A DNA stretch of 64,000 nt from Eledone cirrhosa (lineage: Eukaryota). The notes under the pieces are model-generated. The model was not told where the DNA came from, did no database searches, and saw only the letters and a program-made list of their open reading frames with translations. The stretch is from positions 8,370,001 through 8,434,000 of the forward strand of contig OZ024760.1 in NCBI GenBank assembly GCA_964016885.1. Direction: 5' to 3'. This document shows positions 11,970-26,368 of this stretch, one piece after another (position 1 is the first letter of the stretch; every line of letters starts with the position of its first letter). The position numbers and the translations under genes were made by a program.

Positions 11970-13245
11970 ATATATTTGGTTGGGCAGAAAGTTCTGACTG
12001 TTTTTCAAAAGGAGGTATTTTGGCAGAATTTCTGGCAATGTCAAAGGTTGTGCATGCACACACATATATATATAAGATATGCACCATGTACAATTCTTAT
12101 TTTCTGTTACGCCATCAAATGAGAAGCAACATAGCCACGAATAAATTATTTGGATAGATCTGTTTACTTTATGATTTCAAATCTAGCTTAAGTGCAGCAG
12201 CATCAAGTTGGCGCTTATGTAATGCATTTAGGTCACACACCATGTCTGAACACAGTGCCAGGAACTGGTTCATATGCTTCTATTCTGGTGATTACAGCCT
12301 TAAAGATCAACCTCGCGTAGGATGTCCATTCAGCTTCGATAAACTGCATGAGCTGGTGGAAGTCAACCCACGCCAGACATAATATCATGTCAACCCTCCC
12401 AAGTGTTTGGAGCATCGAAAACAACCGTCCATGCAATAGGCATGGTGCCCAGTTTCCAAACTGGACCAATGGGTGCCCCCACAATCTGGCTGACAGTAAT
12501 CATGAATGTCTGGCAGCAGCTGCGACTTCTCTGCTCTCCTACCATTGCACAACCAACCCGTTACGTTCTATTGTCACTGGTGATGAAAAATGGTGTCACT
12601 ACATGAATAATTGTTTCTACTTTTTGGCACAAGGCCAGCAATTATCCCAGTGTATTACTGGTACTTTATTTTATCGACCCTGTAAGGATGAAAGGCAAAG
12701 TTAACCTCGGTGGGATTTGAACTCAGTCCGTAAAAGGACGTAACTGTGCTGCAAAGCATGGCGTCCGACATGTCAAGTGATCATGGGTTGCTAACGAGAG
12801 TGTACCACAATGGCAAGCAAAGGCTGGCCCCCCACCCTCATAAGGCTCTACTGAGCATCTAGTGGGACTGGAAAGGTGTCATCCACTACAAGCTGCTCCC
12901 ACCTCTGACAACTATTGCCAACAACTTGACAGATTAGCAGTGAAAATCACAAGGTGTGCCCACACCATGATCCCATTTGACTCCTTCATGATAATACTTG
13001 GCCACATATATCAAGGATGGCCTGTGAGAAGCTGCTGGAGCTAGGTTGGGAGGTTCTACCCCCACCCGCTGTATTTTCCCAACATCACACCTACAGACTA
13101 TCACCTTTTCCTCTCAACGAGCAATGCATTGCAGTCAAAGACCTTCACCAATGAAGACCAGTTAAATCAGTGGCTGACGGAATTCTGCAGGGATGGAATC
13201 ATGTGTCACAGCAGATGGTAATTGCAAATAATGGTTATTATTTTA
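11970..13245 (+). mobile_element. Decayed mariner (Tc1/mariner) transposon
   Basis: Frameshifted motifs IVTGDEKWCHY, LHDN and WEVLPHPLYFPNITPTDYHLF (compare HPPYSPDLAPSDYHLF); interrupted by a SINE at 12606-12772. Confidence 0.85.
12606..12772 (-). mobile_element. SINE family B (tRNA head plus Nin-like domain)
   Basis: Minus strand reads gaggttaactttgcctttcatccttacagggtcgataaaataaagtaccag ... aagtagaaacaattatt. Confidence 0.8.
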
Positions 13246-13248
13246 AAT

Positions 13249-13624
13249 GTCCCACAACATCCAGGCCGAAACAAATGAGATCGTGTAGGTGTCACGACAA
13301 AAAAACACACAGTCCACGCTGTAAATGTGGCCGTGTAGGCAACACGGTAAAAACCTCCCAGCCCCACACTGTAAATGTGGTTGGTGTTAGGAAGGGCATC
13401 CAGCTGTAGAAAACCCGCCAGACAGTCCACGCTGTAATGTGGCCGTGTAGGCAACACGGTAAAAACCTCCCAGCCCCACACTGTAAATGTGGTTGGTGTT
13501 AGGAAGGGCATCCAACTGTAGAAAACCCGCCAGACAGTCCTATGCGAGCAAGACAACCACTCTTGCCTCAAGTGGGAAAACCCCCGTCCAAACCCATGCA
13601 AGCGTGGAACACGGTCGCTAAACC

Positions 13625-13662
<38 letters not shown>
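13249..13662 (+). mobile_element. Young SINE-tail element with an internal duplication; near-identical to 53513-53911
   Basis: About 400 bp almost identical at both loci, with a (tga)n tail. Confidence 0.85.
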
Positions 13663-13689
13663 TAAAATTTTCATAAATTTTTCAGTTTT

Positions 13690-14105
13690 CATGCCAACCC
13701 TTACCTATGGTCATGAATCTTGTGTAATGACCAAAAGAATATGATCGCGAATACAAGCGGCCGAAATGGGATTCCTCCGAAGGGTCTTTGGAGTAATGTT
13801 ACTTAATAAAGTACGTAGCTCAGAGATCAAAGAGCCACCCCACGTAGAGCTGCTATTTCTCCGAATTGAGAGATCACAGCTCCGATACTATGGACATGTG
13901 GTTAGACTGTCTAAGGAAAGAATCACTGGACAGATTTTACGGGCAAAAGAAACACGTAGGAGACCCAGGGGTAGACCCCAAGCAAGATGGTTGGATAACA
14001 TCGATGAATTTGGCTGGTCACGTTTGGGGAACCAGTGGGATCAGTTGGAGACGGTTGCTTCTGACACAACGAGCTGTTTGAGGACATTGTCCCCACGACC
14101 CCCTT
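13690..14105 (+). mobile_element. RTE LINE 3' fragment (second family)
   Basis: LTYGHES..IQAAEMGFLRRV..IERSQLRYYGHV..RPRGRPQARWLD. Confidence 0.85.
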
Positions 14106-14139
14106 AGGAGGAGGGGGACAGGAAGAAATTTTCCTAAAA

Positions 14140-14322
14140 GGTTCCCAGTCCACACTGTAAAAGTAGTTGGTGTTAGGAAGGGCATCCAGTTGTAGAAAAC
14201 CTGCCAGAAACAGTTCTGTATGAGCGAGACATGGTCACCCGACCTATCATGCCTCAAGTGAGACAACTCCCGTCTAACCCATGCTAGCGTGGAATATGGA
14301 CGTTAAACGATGATGATGATGA
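14140..14322 (+). mobile_element. 5'-truncated SINE, alternative tail
   Basis: gttggtgttaggaagggcatccag ... ctaacccatgctagcgtgg followed by (tga)n. Confidence 0.75.
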
Positions 14323-14368
14323 TATATATATATATATATAAATGTATGTGTGCCTGTGTATGTATGTA

Positions 14369-14409
<41 letters not shown>

Positions 14410-14496
14410 GTGCGTGTGTGCGTGTGTGTGTGTGTGCGTGTCTGTGTGTCTATAGCAGAGAGAAGCAGGAAGTGAGCTAAAGGAGAGAGAACATAC

Positions 14497-14820
14497 CTGC
14501 AATAAGTAATTTGATCCGTGTTGCCAGTATAGTTCCATAGTCATTCTTTACGTAGCAATCATAAATGCCTTCATCATTTCGTTTCTTTCCCTTTTTCCGT
14601 CGATTCAAAACTTGCCGAAAAAACAAAGTGTGATTCTGTAAGATGGAAATTCTACCTCGTGGTATGATTGTATTCTCATTCTTCTTCCATGTGACAGACC
14701 TCGTATGGACTGTTGAGGACACAGAACAATTTAGAGTCAGTGGACTATTTGACTGTGCTATCACTGTGTAAGGTTCTTTAATGATTTCAATAGCAGGTTC
14801 TATTTTATAACTCAGACCAT
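14497..14820 (-). CDS. Internal coding exon: Ig domain of a protogenin/DCC/neogenin-like cell-surface receptor
   Basis: Acceptor is pyrimidine-rich, tttactgtag|ATGG at 14820; donor is GCAG|gtatgt at 14497; 324 bp, phase 1-1. Peptide EP....PLTLNC..VTWKKN..RISILQNHTL..RRKKGKKRNDEGIYDCYVKNDYGTILA has the Ig Cys-Trp-Cys core and resembles protogenin Ig1 as I recall it. Other exons were not located. Confidence 0.85.
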
Positions 14821-15389
14821 CTACAGTAAAGAGAAGCAGAAATAAAAAAGAAAGGTTATATGAATGGACACACATAATAAAAAAAATTACACAAATAGGA
14901 AATAAGGTGGAAGAAGAGAGAATTAATTGAACATACAAAGTAAAGAAAAAGGTGAAAAGAACACGGCGAGGGAAAACCCATCACAACTCCACCAACATGC
15001 CAAAATAGAACATAGGGGCACATTAGAGAGCATAGAGATAAAAATGTTATCCACACACAGAAAAGATGCAACGTTCAGACAAATCACAGAGGCAACAAAT
15101 ATAAACAAACTCCAACCAAAATTAGACAGAAAACACGAGTGGAATAGCAACATCACAACTAGTAATTAAGGACAACATGAAGACATACAGACACACACAA
15201 AAACCAAACTAACAAAACAAATTAGACACACATAGAACAAACAAGCAAGTAGTGACAAGTAAATAAACACATAAATAAAAAACACACACACACTCACACG
15301 GATGTAACACATGCACAAACTAAACACACAACTCACAAAAACAAGATGGTTTAGGACAGAACAAAGGAGAGACACATAATAAAAACCTA

Positions 15390-15432
15390 GTCACTGAGGA
15401 GGTCACAGAATGAGTGACGAAAGAGCTTTGAC
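15390..15432 (+). ncRNA. Hammerhead ribozyme motif in a Penelope-like fragment (15335-15550)
   Basis: GTCA CTGAGGA G GTCAC-agaatga-GTGAC GAAA GAGC TT TGAC: both core boxes, 5-bp stem II, stem I GTCA/TGAC; the fragment ends in (TA)n. Confidence 0.65.
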
Positions 15433-15543
15433 AATATATAAACAACCTTCCGATTAACAAATCAACCGGAAACTTATAATAAATTGAAGTGAAAACCAAC
15501 AGGTGCCTGTGTTTTTATTGGCAGCATGACCCTCCCAAAGTAT

Positions 15544-16063
<520 letters not shown>

Positions 16064-16218
16064 CAAATGGGTGAATACAATAAATGTAATCTGAGTTTTT
16101 CAAATATTATTAATAATATTCGATTCGCTTCCAATTATGCAAGCAGCCTCTTTAAAGTCATGTCAGTAGAATGAGTCGATCATTCTTGTTCTTGTTTTGG
16201 CATATAAACAGGACGGCA

Positions 16219-16257
16219 GGCACTAATGTTTCTGGGTGATTACCCTTCATCAGTGCC
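16219..16257 (-). ncRNA. Hammerhead-like motif with a non-canonical cleavage junction
   Basis: Minus strand reads GGCA CTGATGA A GGGT-aatc-ACCC A GAAA CATTAG TGCC. Confidence 0.5.
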
Positions 16258-16426
16258 ATATATTGCTTATCTACCAACTGTCAGAGCTAGTGAAAATATA
16301 TGATATCTTCTAGAATATACAGTGACTGATTGGCCTGATTTGCATATTAGCTGACTACCTGATCAGCCAGGTCTGTATATTAGCAGATAGGCCAGACAGT
16401 TTCATGTATACAAGCGATAATTTACA

Positions 16427-18030
16427 CTGCCATGACAAAAAGCATCTAGTCCACCCTGTAAGGTGGTAGTGCTGGTGCCATGTCAAAGAGCATCTAGTCC
16501 ACCCTGTAAGGTAATAGTGCTGGTGCCATGTCAAAGAGCATCTAGTCCACTCTGTAAGGTAATAGTGCTGGTGCCATGACAAAGAGCATCTAGTCCACCC
16601 TGTAAGGTGGTAGTGCTGGTGCCATGTCAAAGAGCATCTAGTCCACCCTGTAAGGTAATAGTGCTGGTGCCATGTCAAAGAGCATCTAGTCCACTCTGTA
16701 AGGTAATAGTGCAGGTGCCATGACAAAGAGCATCTAGTCCACCCTGTAAGGTGGTAGTGCTGGTGCCATGACAAAGAGCATCTAGTCCACCCTGTAAGGT
16801 GGTAGTGCTGGTGCCATGACAAAGAGCATCTAGTCCACCCTGTAAGGTGGTAGTGCTGGTGCCATGTCAAAGAGCATCTAGTCCACCCTGTAAGGTAATA
16901 GTGCTGGTGCCATGACGAAGAGCATCTAGTCCACCCTGTAAGGTAATAGTGCAGGTGCCATGTCAAAGAGCATCTAGTCCACCCTGTAAGGTAATAGTGC
17001 TGGTGCCATGTCAAAGAGCATCTAGTCCACCCTGTAAGGTAATAGTGCTGGTGCCATGTCAAAGAGCATCTAGTCCACCCTGTAAGGTGGTAGTGCTGGT
17101 GCCATGACAAAGAGCATCTAGTCCACCCTGTAAGGTAATAGTGCTGGTGCCATGTCAAAGAGCATCTAGTCCACCCTGTAAGGTAATAGTGCTGGTGCCA
17201 TGACGAAGAGCATCTAGTCCACCCTGTAAGGTGGTAGTGCTGGTGCCATGACAAAGAGCATCTAGTCCACCCTGTAAGGTAATAGTGCAGGTGCCATGAC
17301 AAAGAGCATCTAGTCCACCCTGTAAGGTAATAGTGCAGGTGCCATGACAAAGAGCATCTAGTCCACCCTGTAAGGTGGTAGTGCTGGTGCCATGACAAAG
17401 AGCATCTAGTCCACCCTGTAAGGTAATAGTGCTGGTGCCATGACAAAAAGCATCTAGTCCACTCTGTAAGGTGGTAGTGCTGGTGCCATGACGAAGAGCA
17501 TCTAGTCCACCCTGTAAGGTGGTAGTGCTGGTGCCATGACAAAGAGCATCTAGTCCACCCTGTAAGGTAATAGTGCAGGTGCCATGACAAAGAGCATCTA
17601 GTCCACCCTGTAAGGTAATAGTGCAGGTGCCATGACAAAGAGCATCTAGTCCACCCTGTAAGGTGGTAGTGCTGGTGCCATGACAAAAAGCATCTAGTCC
17701 ACTCTGTAAGGTGGTAGTGCTGGTGCCATGACGAAGAGCATCTAGTCCACCCTGTAAGGTGGTAGTGCTGGTGCCATGACAAAGAGCATCTAGTCCACCC
17801 TGTAAGGTAATAGTGCAGGTGCCATGACAAAGAGCATCTAGTCCACCCTGTAAGGTAATAGTGCAGGTGCCATGACAAAGAGCATCTAGTCCACCCTGTA
17901 AGGTAATAGTGCTGGTGCCATGTCAAAGAGCATCTAGTCCACCCTGTAAGGTGGTAGTGCTGGTGCTACAACAAAGAGCATCGAGTTCACCCTGTAAGGT
18001 GGTAGTTCTGGAGCCATGATAAAATGCTGC
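16427..18030. repeat. 48-bp minisatellite, ~33 units, homologous to the SINE internal unit
   Basis: Unit gtgccatgacaaagagcatctagtccaccctgtaaggt(a/g)(a/g)tagtgctg; a 240-bp higher-order period is visible at 17461 and 17701. Confidence 0.95.
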
Positions 18031-18116
18031 CAGTATATGCTGTGGTCACTTTACATTGCTCTAATTAACTTGGTGAGAAAAAAACAAAAAACCCAGCACC
18101 ATCATCTGCTGGGGTT

Positions 18117-19880
18117 TAACCCAGTGACAGGGTGACAGGTCAGATGTAACCCAGTGACAGGTCAGATGTAACCCAGTGACAGGGTGACAGGTCAGATGTA
18201 ACCCAGTGGCTGGGTGATAGGTCAGATGTAACCCAGTGGCAGAGTGATAGGTCAGATGTAACCCAGTGACAGGTCAGATGTAACCCAGTGACAGGGTGAC
18301 AGGTCAGATGTAACCCAGTGACAGGGTGACAGGTCAGATGTAACCCAGTGACAGGTCAGATGTAACCCAGTGGCAGGGTGATAGGTCAGATGTAACCCAG
18401 TGACAGGTCAGATGTAACCCAGTGACAGGGTGACAGGTCAGATGTAACCCAGTGGCTGGGTGATAGGTCAGATGTAACCCAGTGGCAGAGTGATAGGTCA
18501 GATGTAACCCAGTGACAGGTCAGATGTAACCCAGTGACAGGTCAGATGTAACCCAGTGACAGGGTGACAGGTCAGATGTAACCCAGTGACAGGGTGACAG
18601 GTCAGATGTAACCCAGTGACAGGGTGACAGGTCAGATGTAACCCAGTGGCAGAGTGATAGGTCAGATGTAACCCAGTGGCAGAGTGATAGGTCAGATGTA
18701 ACCCAGTGACAGGTCAGATGTAACCCAGTGACAGGGTGACAGGTCAGATGTAACCCAGTGACAGGGTGACAGGTCAGATGTAACCCAGTGACAGAGTGAT
18801 AGGTCAGATGTAACCCAGTGACAGGGTGACAGGTCAGATGTAACCCAGTGACAGAGTGATAGGTCAGATGTAACCCAGTGGCAGGGTGATAGGTCAGATG
18901 TAACCCAGTGACAGGTCAGATGTAACCCAGTGACAGGGTGATAGGTCAGATGTAATCCAGTGGCAGGGTGACAGGTCAGATGTAACCCAGTGACAGAGTG
19001 ATAGGTCAGATGTAACCCAGTGGCAGGGTGATAGGTCAGATGTAACCCAGTGACAGGTCAGATGTAACCCAGTGACAGAGTGATAGGTCAGATGTAACCC
19101 AGTGACAGGTCAGATGTAACCCAGTGACAGAGTGATAGGTCAGATGTAACCCAGTGACAGGTCAGATGTAACCCAGTGACAGAGTGATAGGTCAGATGTA
19201 ACCCAGTGACAGGTCAGATGTAACCCAGTGACAGGGTGATAGGTCAGATGTAACCCAGTGGCAGGGTGATAGGTCAGATGTAACCCAGTGACAGGGTGAT
19301 AGGTCAGATGTAACCCAGTGACAGGGTGATAGGTCAGATGTAACCCAGTGACAGGGTGATAGGTCAGATGTAACCCAGTGATAGGTCAGATGTAACCCAG
19401 TGACAGGGTGATAGGTCAGATGTAACCCAGTGACAGGTCAGATGTAACCCAGTGACAGGGTGATAGGTCAGATGTAACCCAGTGACAGGTCAGATGTAAC
19501 CCAGTGACAGGGTGATAGGTCAGATGTTACCCAGTGACAGGGTGATAGGTCAGATGTAACCCAGTGGCAGGGTGATAGGTCAGATGTAACCCAGTGGCAG
19601 AGTGATAGGTCAGATGTAACCCAGTGACAGGGTGATAGGTCAGATGTAACCCAGTGACAGGGTGACAGGTCAGATGTAACCCAGTGACAGGGTGATAGGT
19701 CAGATGTTACCCAGTGACAGGGTGATAGGTCAGATGTAACCCAGTGACAGGGTGATAGGTCAGATGTAACCCAGTGACAGGGTGACAGGTCAGATGTAAC
19801 CCAGTGACAGGGTGATAGGTCAGATGTTACCCAGTGACAGGGTGATAGGTCAGATGTAACCCAGTGACAAGAGTGACAAC
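18117..19880. repeat. Minisatellite of mixed 30-bp and 21-bp units
   Basis: aggtcagatgtaacccagtgacagggtgat, interspersed with units lacking 9 bp. Confidence 0.95.
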
Positions 19881-19886
19881 TGAGAT

Positions 19887-20657
19887 TTAACACTTTAGCA
19901 TTCAAACTGCCATATCAGGCCAGACGTCTCTCCGCCTCTTTCTGTTCAAACCAGCTGTAACCGACTTCTCATACTAATGTTAAAGTATTGTTCTCAAAAT
20001 AAATAATATCAAAATCTCATAGATTCGATATTATCTGGGATAAATATGCGAGTTAAAGCCTTTACTGTGAAAATACAATAGCATATATAGAATAATGTAA
20101 ATGTTATGTGAGGTAAAGCCTTTACTGTGAAAATACAATAGTAAATATAGAGTAATGTCAATGTTATGTGAGGTAAAGCCTTTACTGTGAAAATACAATA
20201 GTAAATATAGAGTAATGTAAATGTTATGTGAGGTAAAGCCTTTACTGTGAAAATACAATAGTAAATATAGAGTAATGTAAATGTTATGTGAGGTAAAGCC
20301 TTTATTGTGAAAATACAATAGTAAATATAGAGTATTGTAAATGTTATGTGAGCTAAAGCCTTTACTGTGAAAATACAATAGTAAATATAGAGTAATGTAA
20401 ATGTTATGTGAGGTAAAGCCTTTACTCTTTACTGTGAAAATACAATAGTATATATAGAGTAATGTAAATGTTATGTGAGGTAAAGCCTTTACCATGAAAA
20501 TACAATAGTATATATAGAGTAACGTAATTGTTATGTGAGGTAAAGCCTTTACCATGAAAATACAATAGTATATATAGAGTAACGTAATTGTTATGTGAGG
20601 TAAAGCCTTTACTGTGAAAATACAATAGTAAATATAGAGTAAATGCTAAAAAGTTAA
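19887..20657 (+). mobile_element. piggyBac-type MITE with an internal 60-bp segment amplified ~10 times
   Basis: TTAA-cactttagcatt ... aatgctaaaaag-TTAA; unit tatgtgaggtaaagcctttactgtgaaaatacaatagtaaatatagagtaatgtaaatgt. Confidence 0.85.
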
Positions 20658-20909
20658 CCCTCTGACTGTATTGACTGACAACAGACACATTCCTTTTCAG
20701 ACAAGCTCACAAGTTCCAATTGAAAAGGAAGGCGAGGGTGAAGGAGATGCTCTCCTCCACATTTACCAAAAGATGGGTGTAGGGAAAATGTTAAGAGTGA
20801 ATGGGAGAGGGGCACACACACACCTGATGGTCATGGCAATTGTAGACCTATGTGGTTCCTCAAATAGACTTGGGTACTCAGCTCTCTATAACAGGACTGA
20901 ATAAGTAAT

Positions 20910-21900
20910 ACCCAACATGTATACAATATATACTATGTATACAATATATATACCATAAATACCCTATTATATATACTATATATACAATAAATACCCTATT
21001 ATATATACTATATATACAATAAATACCCTACATATATACTATATATACCATAAATACCCTACATATATTATATATACCATAAATACCCTACATATATACT
21101 ATAAATACCCTACATATACTATATATACCATAAATACCCTACATGTATACTATATATACCATATATACTTTACATATATACTATATATACCCTACATATA
21201 TACTACATATATACCATATATATCATAAATACCATACATATATACTATATATACCATAAATACCCAACATATATAATATATATACTATAATTACCCAACA
21301 TATATACGATATATACTATAAATAACCTACATATATACCATATATACCCTACATATTTACTATATATACCATAAATTCCATACATATATACCATATATAC
21401 TATAAATACCCTACATATATACCATATATACTATAAATACCCTACATATATACCATATATACTATAAATACCCTACATATATACCATATATACTATATAT
21501 ACCATAAATACCCAACATGTATACTATATATACCATAAATACCCTACATATATACCATATATACTATAAATACCCTACATATATACTATATATACTATAA
21601 ATACCCTACATATATACTATATATACTATAAATACCCTACATATATACCATATATACTATAAATACCCTACATATATACTATATATACCATAAATACCCT
21701 ACATATATACTATATATACTATAAATACCCTACATATATACTATATATACTATAAATACCCTACATATATACTATATATACCATAAATACTATATATACC
21801 ATAAATACCCTACATATATACTATATATACTATAAATACCCTACATATATACTATATATACCATAAATACCCTACATATATACTATATATACCATATATA
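20910..21900. repeat. AT-rich degenerate ~30-bp minisatellite
   Basis: Recurring ataaataccctacatatatactatatatacc. Confidence 0.9.
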
Positions 21901-22137
21901 GGTAAAGACAGTGACAAATGTTTTGCACCTAACCCAGGCAAGGTCTGTGGAAGACCAGCAGTCATCCATGTCACCAATGTTGTCCAAGGGACACTCATTT
22001 CTACAGTTGAGTGAACTGGAACAACATGAAATAAAGTGTCTTGCTCAAGGACAACACTCGGTCCTAGAATCGAACTCATAACCTCCCCCATTGTAAGCCC
22101 AGATGCTCTAACCACTAAGCCATGCGCCTTCACTACA

Positions 22138-22705
22138 CTATGAATACCCAACACGTATACTATGAATGCTATGAATACCCAACACGTATACTATGAATGC
22201 TATGAATACCCACTATGAATACGTATACTATGAATATGTATACTATGAATACCCACTATGAATATGTATACTATGAATACCCTCTATGAATATGTATACT
22301 ATGAATACCCACTATGAATATGTATACTATGAATATGTATACTATGAATATGTATACTATGAATATGTATACTATGAATATGTATACTATGAATACCCAA
22401 CATGTATACTATATATACCTATACCATATATACCCAACATGTATACTATAGATACCCAACATGTATACTATAGATACCCAACATGTATACTATAGATACC
22501 CAACATGTATACTATATATACCCAACATGTATACTATATATACCCATACCATATATACCCATACCATATATACCCATACCATATATACCCAACATGTATA
22601 CTATACTATGTACACTATACTATACTATATATACTATGTTTACTATGTATACTACACTATATATACTATACTATACTATATATACTATGTATACTCTATA
22701 CACTA
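22138..22705. repeat. AT-rich repeat tract (tatgaatatgtatac and tacccaacatgtatac variants)
   Basis: Seen directly. Confidence 0.85.
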
Positions 22706-22709
22706 TGTT

Positions 22710-22900
22710 ATTCTTCCTCATGTTTATGTATACCTGTCTTTGTATTGTCTCCATCCCATACCAGTGTGGTAAATTAAATTGTTATTTTCATTGTTATTGT
22801 GCATTTTTACTCCATCTTATGAAACCCCACTGTCCGTTCTTTGTATTGTCCCCTACATGTCGGCCCTTGAGGCCAATAAATGAAATCATTATTATTATTA
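22710..22900 (+). mobile_element. Probable L1/Tx1-type LINE 3' UTR
   Basis: Ends tttgtattgtcccc..gcccttgaggccAATAAA..(att)n, similar to the ends at 38155 (-) and 62810 (+). Confidence 0.5.
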
Positions 22901-23456
22901 TTTACTATGCCAATGAAAGAAAAGCAATATTGTTTTAATTGACTGAATAATATACTTGAATTTTATTTCCTGGGAAGAGAGAGAAATATATAGAGAGAGA
23001 AAGAGAGTGGGAGAGTGAGAGATAGTTAGTTAGAGAGTGGGAGGGAGTTGGAGACAAAGAGGGGGAGGGAGTTGGAGACAAAGATGGAGAGGGAGTTGGA
23101 GAGAGGGAGAGGAAGAGGCAGTTGGAGAGAGGGAGAGGAAGAGGCAGTTGGAGAGAGGGGAAGAGCGAGTGGGAGAGGTAGTTGGAGTCAGAAGTGGGTC
23201 AATGAGAGTGATAGAGAGAAGGAAATGGGTCATAGAGAGGTGAAGAAGGGGAGGAATATGTGGAACGGAGGATGAAAGAAGGAAATAAAACGATGAGAAA
23301 TGTATTATTGGTATGGAGAGAGAGGGAGGGAGGAACGGAGAGAGAGGGGAAGGGAGAGAATGGGGGAGGGAGAGAGATGCAAGGTGGAGAAGGATGATGA
23401 CAGAGTATTAAAGAAAGGTTGAGAAATAGCATATATATATATGTACGTGTGTGTGC

Positions 23457-23509
<53 letters not shown>

Positions 23510-23528
23510 ATATATATATAATATATGT

Positions 23529-23566
<38 letters not shown>

Positions 23567-23729
23567 CAAGGAGGGCAGCGAGTGGGGTGGAAGAAAGTGG
23601 AGTGTGAGTGGAAAATAATAAGTAGGCGATGATGGAAAGAGAAGAGAAAAGATAGATGGAAGGATGGGGAAGTGAGAAAGAGGTCAAGAGAGAGAAAGAA
23701 GGTGAGAAGTGTGTATGAAATGGAAATGA

Positions 23730-24290
23730 TATTAAAGTAAGATAGAGAGGGGGTAATAGAGAAAGTGAGAGGAGAGAGGGGGTAATAGAGAAAGTGAGAG
23801 GAGAGAGGGGGTAATAGAGAAAGTGAGAGGAGAGAGGAAGATAGAGAGAGGGTGATAGAGAAAGTAAGATAGAGAGAGGGTGATAGAGAAAGTAAGAGGA
23901 GAGGGGCGATGGAGAGAGAAGGGACGATAGAGAAAGTAAGAGAAGAGAGTGGGCGATGGAGAAAGTAAGAGAAGAGAGGGTGATAGAGAGAGATGGACGA
24001 TAGAGAAAGTAAGAGAAGAGAGGGGGCGATGGAGAAAGTAAGAGAAGAGAGGGGGCGATGGAGAAAGTAAGAGAAGAGAGGGGGCGATGGACAAAGTAAG
24101 AGAAGAGAGGGGGCGATGGAGAAAGGAAGAGAAGAGAGGGGGCGATGGAGAAAGTAAGAGAAGAGAGGGGGCGATGGAGAGAGAAGGGACGATAGAGAAA
24201 GTAAGAGAAGAGAGGGGGCGATGGAGAGAGAAGGGACGATAGAGAAAGTAAGAGAAGAGAGGGGGCGATGGAGAAAGTAAGCTGGAGAAG
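23730..24290. repeat. GA-rich ~30-bp minisatellite
   Basis: Unit gatggagaaagtaagagaagagagggggc and variants. Confidence 0.9.
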
Positions 24291-24591
24291 GGGGAAACAG
24301 AGAAAGGGACAAGAGGCCATAGTGAAAGAGAGAGAGATAGCTAAACAGGGGATTCTTTAATGCTATATAATTGTAAGAAAGTTTAAAGGGAGAGAGAGAG
24401 AGAGAGATATGATGAAGTGGGAAGGTGTAATGTCCTAGTTTCTTTCTCTGTAAATAATTAGATCCTGTGAGAGAAGGTGGTAGAAGGTAACACAAAATAA
24501 CAGCAGCAATAGCAATAATAACAATATTATTATTATTCATCATATATATATATATATATACACCTTCAACGCGCGCGCACACACACATATT

Positions 24592-24623
<32 letters not shown>

Positions 24624-24681
24624 TATATATATATAAATAAATACACACACACACACACATTTATATAAATACACACGTACA

Positions 24682-24725
<44 letters not shown>

Positions 24726-24847
24726 TTTATATAAATACGTACATATATTTGTGTGTATATATATATATACACACACACACATATATATATAAATACACAC
24801 ACACACACATACATTTATATAAATACACACGTTCATATATTTGTGTG

Positions 24848-24879
<32 letters not shown>

Positions 24880-24972
24880 TTTATATAAATACACACGTTC
24901 ACATATTTGTGTGTGTGTATATATATATATACACACACACATTTATATAAATACACACACGTACATATATTT

Positions 24973-25012
<40 letters not shown>

Positions 25013-25071
25013 GTATGCATGTGTGCGTGTATATAACGGTTAATAACTAATCCGCACCTTCACCGTATTCT

Positions 25072-25106
<35 letters not shown>

Positions 25107-25282
25107 TATTGGGAGAGGAGGGGGGGGCTGCGTGTATAATTGTAAATGTATATAATCCAGATAATTGATAAATACAGAAAAAAAAAAAGATAGGTTTAGT
25201 TCGTAACGTTAGCGTTGAGCAGAATGTAGGTCGCCTGTCTAAATATATCCGAGAGTTTGGTGTAGTGGGAGATAATATATAG

Positions 25283-25319
<37 letters not shown>

Positions 25320-25651
25320 GAGAGAGCGAGGGGGGGGGGGGCATTGAGAACAAGATGGGATGATAATATAAATGTATAAAGTATTTAAATCGAGAGAAAA
25401 AGACAAAGAATTGAATGAACGTATATAAGTAGTAGTAGTGGTAGTAGTATATGGACAGTGCCCCAGCATGGACTCAGTTATGGTGGCCACTAACGCAATC
25501 TAAGATAGAATCCCATTACCTTTCTTCTCCCACATGTCAAAGACAAATGCAAAACCACAACAGCATACAGATACACGTATGTACTGTATATTATAAACAT
25601 ACACACACAATATCACCACATTCCATACTACAGAAAACATGTAAACATCAC

Positions 25652-25690
<39 letters not shown>

Positions 25691-25734
25691 CACTCAATCA
25701 TACATAAACAAGCACAACATACTATAAGTACACT

Positions 25735-25796
<62 letters not shown>

Positions 25797-26332
25797 ACAC
25801 ATCTCACTCATAACATACATGCACACCACATACATACACATAGCACAGCATACATACATACATACACAGCATACACCACACCACATACATACATACACAA
25901 CAGCAGTAAAAGCAAAACATTGAATCCTGGTGACTAAAATATAATGGAATTGTTGAAATGGATAGTAAGAGGGGAAATAAGTGGAGGAGGAGGAGAGAGA
26001 GAGAGATAAGATAGAAACACAGAGAGAGGGGAGAGATAAGATAGAAACACTGAGAGAGGTGGAAAGAGATAAAATAGAACCATAAAGAGGTGGGGGGAAA
26101 AGAAAGAATCAATGAAAGGACGAGGCACACATATTGTACACACACACATATACATACTATATTGTATATATATATGTACTATACTATATTGTATATATAG
26201 ATATAAATATATATATACTATATTGTATATAGATATACATTCATACGCATCCAAGTTGGTGCTTCAACATGGCTTTAACGTTGACTAAAACATGTTTTGT
26301 CCATGGAAATAGCATTAAGAAAAATAAGACTA

Positions 26333-26368
<36 letters not shown>

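Noticed and set aside
14821-14938. Hydrophobic N-terminal extension of ORF 14477-14938
   Set aside because: Translation of the intron's pyrimidine-rich acceptor region; the exon starts at 14820.
16355-17926. 523-aa repeat ORF
   Set aside because: Translation of a SINE-derived 48-bp minisatellite.
24463-24543. Signal-peptide-like MMNNNNIVIIAIAAVILCYLLPPSLTG on the minus strand as a first exon of the receptor
   Set aside because: No GT donor follows (ACAG|GA looks like an acceptor) and the sequence is partly simple repeat; it needs transcript data.
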